Notes under the pieces: generated by a model
The model's input: the letters and a program-made list of their open reading frames with translations, nothing else
Database searches by the model: none
Told to the model about the DNA's origin: nothing
NCBI GenBank assembly: GCA_018401965.1
Contig: JAGYJU010000018.1
Coordinates: 26,243 to 90,242, forward strand
DNA: 64,000 bases
Reading direction: 5' to 3'
Source: Roseicyclus sp.
Lineage (GTDB): Bacteria > Pseudomonadota > Alphaproteobacteria > Rhodobacterales > Rhodobacteraceae
Part shown: positions 59,848-64,000 of the stretch, one piece after another
Layout: every line of letters begins with the position of its first letter
How positions within the stretch are numbered: the stretch's first letter is position 1
Position numbers and translations under genes: made by a program

Positions 59848-61215
59848 ATGGTCAAACCGGTCACCCTTTTCGTCTGTTCCGCCTGTGGCACGACCCACAA
59901 GAAATGGTCGGGCCGTTGTGATGGCTGCGGCGAATGGAACACCATCGCACAAGAGGCGCCGTTGTCATCGGGCCCCGGCAAGACCGCGCTTGGCGCGATG
60001 AAGGGCAAGCGCATCGGCCTGACCGACCTGCGCACCGAGGAAAGCGCGCCGCCCCGCCGCACATCGGGCATGGGGGAACTTGACCGGGTTCTGGGGGGCG
60101 GCCTCGTGCCCGCCTCGGCCACGCTTGTGGGGGGCGATCCGGGCATCGGCAAATCCACCCTGCTCTTGCAAGCCGCCGCCAGTTTCGCGCGCGCGGGCGC
60201 AAAGGTGATCTATGTCTCGGGCGAAGAGGCCACGGCCCAGGTCCGGATGCGCGCCCAGCGCCTTGGGCTGGCCGATACCTCGGTGATGCTGGCGGCGGAA
60301 ACCAACCTGCGCGACATCCTGACCACGCTCGAGGCGGAAGCCCCCGACCTGGCGATCATCGATTCGATCCAGACCATGTGGCTTGACACGGTCGAGGCAG
60401 CACCGGGGTCGGTCAGCCAGGTCCGCGCCAGCGCCCATGAACTGACCACCTTCGCCAAGCGGCGCGGCGTGGCGGTGATGCTGGTGGGCCATGTCACCAA
60501 GGATGGGCAGATCGCCGGCCCCCGCGTGGTCGAACACATGGTCGATACCGTTTTGTATTTCGAGGGCGAGCGCGGGCATCAGTTCCGCATCCTGCGCAGC
60601 GTCAAGAACCGCTTTGGCCCGGCCGATGAAATCGGCGTCTTCGAGATGACGGGCATGGGCCTGTCAGAGGTCACCAACCCCTCGGCGCTGTTTTTGTCGG
60701 ATCGCGAAACCCCCGCGCCGGGGTCGGTTGTCTTTGCCGGCATCGAGGGCACGCGGCCCGTTCTGGTGGAAATCCAGGCGCTTGTCGCGCCCTCGTCGCT
60801 GTCGCAACCGCGCCGCGCGGTGGTCGGCTGGGATGGCGGACGGCTGGCGATGATCTTGGCCGTGCTGGAAGCGCGGGCGGGCATCAGTTTCGCCGGGCTT
60901 GATGTCTATCTCAACATCGCGGGCGGCATGCGCATATCGGAACCCGCCGCAGACCTGGCGGTGGCCGCAGCCCTGTTGTCGGCGCGCGAAGACGTGGCGG
61001 TGCCGCATGATTGTGTCGTCTTTGGCGAATTGTCGCTGTCCGGCGCGTTAAGACCGGTGTCGCAGGCCGAAAACAGGTTGAAAGAAGCCGCGAAACTTGG
61101 TTTTTCCTCGGCCATTGCGCCGTCAGGGTGCAAGATCACCGCCGACAGCGGGGTCAAGGTGCAGGCGATGGCCGATCTGCCCGCCTTCGTGGGTGAGATT
61201 TTCGGGGCGGGATAG
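59848..61215 (+). CDS. radA: DNA repair protein RadA/Sms
   Basis: C4 zinc finger, GDPGIGKSTL and KNRFG motifs. Confidence 0.97.
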   Translation: MVKPVTLFVCSACGTTHKKWSGRCDGCGEWNTIAQEAPLSSGPGKTALGAMKGKRIGLTDLRTEESAPPRRTSGMGELDRVLGGGLVPASATLVGGDPGIGKSTLLLQAAASFARAGAKVIYVSGEEATAQVRMRAQRLGLADTSVMLAAETNLRDILTTLEAEAPDLAIIDSIQTMWLDTVEAAPGSVSQVRASAHELTTFAKRRGVAVMLVGHVTKDGQIAGPRVVEHMVDTVLYFEGERGHQFRILRSVKNRFGPADEIGVFEMTGMGLSEVTNPSALFLSDRETPAPGSVVFAGIEGTRPVLVEIQALVAPSSLSQPRRAVVGWDGGRLAMILAVLEARAGISFAGLDVYLNIAGGMRISEPAADLAVAAALLSAREDVAVPHDCVVFGELSLSGALRPVSQAENRLKEAAKLGFSSAIAPSGCKITADSGVKVQAMADLPAFVGEIFGAG

Positions 61216-61248
61216 CGTATCCCGGTTCAAACGAGTAAAGGCGGGTTC

Positions 61249-61812
61249 ATGGAAGGTTTCACCCTAGTTGACGGCATCGTGGCCGGTGCGATCGTCATAT
61301 CTGCGATCCTGGCCTATTCGCGCGGCTTCGTCCGCGAGGCGCTGTCGATCGGCGGCTGGATCCTGGCGGCCGTGGTGGCCTTCATCTTTGCACCCAATGC
61401 CTTGCCGCTGATCCGCGAATTGCCCTATCTGGGCGATTTCATCGGTGAAAGCTGTGAATTGGGCGTGATGGCCAGCTTTGCGGGCGTGTTCGCCGTGGCC
61501 TTGGTGGTGGTGTCGCTGTTCACGCCGATGTTCGCGACCGCGGTGCAACGCTCGGTCATCGGTGGCTTCGATGCCGGGCTCGGCTTTTTGTTCGGGGTCG
61601 CGCGCGGGGTGCTTTTGGTCGTCGTGGCCTTCATCGCCTATGATCGGGTTGTTGGATCGGAACCGGTGGCGATGGTGGCCGACAGCCGGTCGGCACAGGT
61701 CTTTGCCCATCTGCAAACCCGGGTCGAGGCGGAAATCCCGTCGGATGCACCGGGCTGGATCCTGGCGCGCTACGAACAGCTGACCGCGACCTGCGCCGCC
61801 CCGGTGGAATGA
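61249..61812 (+). CDS. cvpA: CvpA family protein
   Basis: RGFVRE and D.GLGFLFG.ARG motifs; upstream of purF. Confidence 0.9.
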   Translation: MEGFTLVDGIVAGAIVISAILAYSRGFVREALSIGGWILAAVVAFIFAPNALPLIRELPYLGDFIGESCELGVMASFAGVFAVALVVVSLFTPMFATAVQRSVIGGFDAGLGFLFGVARGVLLVVVAFIAYDRVVGSEPVAMVADSRSAQVFAHLQTRVEAEIPSDAPGWILARYEQLTATCAAPVE

Positions 61813-61819
61813 TCCGACC

Positions 61820-61843
61820 GTAGGGTGGGCAACCTGCCCCCCC
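61820..61843 (+). repeat. GTAG-type REP-like palindrome
   Basis: GTAG-GGTGGGCA-ACC-TGCCCCCC (one stem mismatch). Confidence 0.5.
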
Positions 61844-61852
61844 CGCCGGACA

Positions 61853-62308
61853 TCACCGCCGGGTCAGAACCCGCGTCAGGCCCGCGATCAGCAACAGGCC
61901 TGCGCCGCCCGCATAGGCCCAAAAGCCAGGGCGGATGAAATCTTCCAGCAGCGCCCAGCTTTGCGCGAGGTCCCCGAAGTCCACCCGGACCGGCAGGCCC
62001 AGATCCCGGCGCAGCCCATCGGCGCGGATGACCGCATCGCCCAGCACCACCAGGGGCGATGCCCCGGCCACCATGGCCAAGACCGCGCCGCCACGACCGG
62101 TCAGCGCCATCAGGGCCGCAAGACCCGCCGCGACGAACCCGCCCAGGAACACCCAAACCTGCCAGGGCGCATCGGGCGATAGCGTGAACACGCCTTGGGC
62201 CAGCATCGTCATCGGCGACAGGTGTTGCCCGGCGAAGGGCGGCTCGATCCATGTCAGGCCCCAGCTTGCCGCCATGGCCAGCCCCGCCAGGATGATGATT
62301 GCCCGCAT
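61853..62308 (-). CDS. Hypothetical membrane protein
   Basis: Hydrophobic ORF starting MRAIIILAG, preceded by a GGGGG RBS-like run. Confidence 0.6.
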   Translation of the reverse strand: MRAIIILAGLAMAASWGLTWIEPPFAGQHLSPMTMLAQGVFTLSPDAPWQVWVFLGGFVAAGLAALMALTGRGGAVLAMVAGASPLVVLGDAVIRADGLRRDLGLPVRVDFGDLAQSWALLEDFIRPGFWAYAGGAGLLLIAGLTRVLTRR

Positions 62309-62473
62309 GATACCCCCCTTGTCGAAACGCCGCACCGGCCCGCATCATAGATGATACCGGGTTTTGCGGCGTCCAGTGGCCGCCGATCTGCAAACAAGTG
62401 TGATCGTTTGATGACACCGCCGCCCCAAGGGCCTATGTCACCCATGTCGACGCCCACCGGAGATTCGCCCCCC

Positions 62474-63955
62474 ATGGATGCCCTCCCACGTCACCCTTTC
62501 GATCCAAGTGATGATGACAAGCTGCGTGAAGAATGCGGCGTCTTTGGTGTGATCGGCGTGGCCGATGCCGCCAATTTCATCGCGCTTGGCCTGCACGCGC
62601 TGCAACATCGCGGGCAAGAGGCGGGCGGGATCGTCACGCATGACCCCGAACACGGGTTTTCCTCGGCCCGCCGCTTTGGCCTTGTGCGGGACAATTTCAC
62701 CTCTGCCAGCGTGATGGAAACCCTGCCCGGCGAAATCGGCATCGGGCATGTGCGCTATTCCACCGCCGGGTCGAAAGGCCCAAGCCAGATCCGCGACGTG
62801 CAGCCCTTCTTTGGCGAATTCGCCATGGGCGGCGCGGCGATTGCCCATAACGGCAATATCGTCAACGCCGACGCGCTGCGCCGGGAACTGATCGAACGCG
62901 GGTCGATCTTTCAATCCTCCTCCGACAGCGAATGCATCATCCACCTGATGGCCCGGTCGCTGCAACGCACCATCCCCGAACGGATGAAGGATGCGCTGCG
63001 CCGGGTCGAAGGCGCGTTTTCCATCGTCGCCATGACCCGCACCAAGCTGATCGGCGTGCGCGACCCGCTGGGCGTGCGGCCGCTGGTTCTGGGCCGGGTG
63101 GGCGATGGCTATGCCATCAGCTCGGAAACCTGCGCGCTCGACATCATCGGCGCGGAATTCCTGCGCGAGGTCGAGCCGGGCGAAATGGTCGTCATTTCCG
63201 GCAGCACGATCGAAAGCTTCAAGCCCTTCGAGCGTCAAAGCCCGCGCTTCTGCATCTTTGAACATGTCTATTTCTCGCGGCCCGACAGCATCATCGGAAG
63301 CCGCTCGGTCTATGAAACCCGCGAAGCGATTGGCCGCGAACTGGCCAAGGAAGCGCCGGTTGACGCCGACCTGGTCTGTCCCGTGCCCGACAGCGGCACA
63401 CCGGCGGCCATCGGCTACAGCCTGCAATCGGGCATCCCCTACGCGATGGGGATCATCCGCAACCAGTACATGGGCCGCACCTTCATCGAGCCGACCGAAC
63501 AGATCCGCAACATGGGCGTGCGCCTGAAACTGAACGTCAACCGCGCGCTGATCCGGGGCAAACGGGTGATCCTGGTCGACGATTCGGTCGTGCGCGGCAC
63601 CACGAGCCGCAAGATCAAGGAAATGATCCTGGATGCCGGCGCCGCCGAGGTGCATTTCCGCATCGCCTCGCCCCCCACCGCCTGGCCGTGTTTCTACGGC
63701 GTCGACACGCCCGAGCGGGACAAGCTCTTGGCCGCCACCATGTCCGAGGATGAAATGCGCGCGCATCTGGGCGTGTCATCGCTGCGCTTCATCTCGCTTG
63801 ACGGGCTGTATCGCGCGGTGGGCGTCGCGGGCGGGCGCGATCCGAAAAAACCCGCCTATTGCGACGCCTGTTTCTCGGGGGATTACCCGGTGAAGCCGAC
63901 CGACCAGATGGCGCGCGGTTTCAAACTGGCCGAACCCGCCCTGCCGGCAGAGTGA
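62474..63955 (+). CDS. purF: Amidophosphoribosyltransferase (start approximate)
   Basis: EECGVFG, LQHRGQE, GHVRYST and LVDDSVVRGTT motifs. Confidence 0.97.
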   Translation: MDALPRHPFDPSDDDKLREECGVFGVIGVADAANFIALGLHALQHRGQEAGGIVTHDPEHGFSSARRFGLVRDNFTSASVMETLPGEIGIGHVRYSTAGSKGPSQIRDVQPFFGEFAMGGAAIAHNGNIVNADALRRELIERGSIFQSSSDSECIIHLMARSLQRTIPERMKDALRRVEGAFSIVAMTRTKLIGVRDPLGVRPLVLGRVGDGYAISSETCALDIIGAEFLREVEPGEMVVISGSTIESFKPFERQSPRFCIFEHVYFSRPDSIIGSRSVYETREAIGRELAKEAPVDADLVCPVPDSGTPAAIGYSLQSGIPYAMGIIRNQYMGRTFIEPTEQIRNMGVRLKLNVNRALIRGKRVILVDDSVVRGTTSRKIKEMILDAGAAEVHFRIASPPTAWPCFYGVDTPERDKLLAATMSEDEMRAHLGVSSLRFISLDGLYRAVGVAGGRDPKKPAYCDACFSGDYPVKPTDQMARGFKLAEPALPAE

Positions 63956-64000
63956 TGCTGCGGCTGTTCAAGCGCGCCAAGGGGCCCAAGCCCGTTCCAG
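63955..64000 (+). CDS. Possible 5' end of the next gene (partial)
   Basis: TGATG overlap with the purF stop; MLRLFKRAKGPKPVP open to the window end. Confidence 0.4.
   Translation, partial: MLRLFKRAKGPKPVP

Overview
GC-rich alphaproteobacterial chromosome segment; gene order and protein signatures point to Rhodobacteraceae (Roseobacter-group-like). It is mostly core genome: lexA(3' end)-comEC-gltX-gltA, nucleoside hydrolase, selO, fur, eno, anmK/tyrS, olsB-like/bamE, yceD-rpmF-plsX-fabH-ihfA-merR-tRNA-Pro-dcd, an assimilatory sulfate-reduction cluster (cysG-DUF2849-cysI-cysH-DUF934-fpr) interrupted by an IS630 element, infC, a form II cox cluster, a urease cluster with an oppositely oriented ChvI-like regulator between ureB and ureC, pyrC-pyrE-dnaB-alr-mlaEF-radA-cvpA-purF. 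Several single-base frameshifts, including in essential genes, suggest an unpolished long-read assembly. The most interesting unexplained structure is a family of about 10 dispersed intergenic elements sharing a gap-free asymmetric 23-nt core with optional modules. Two copies bracket fur in inverted orientation, and one was the exact target of the IS630 insertion. All calls were made by eye and from family knowledge, without database searches.
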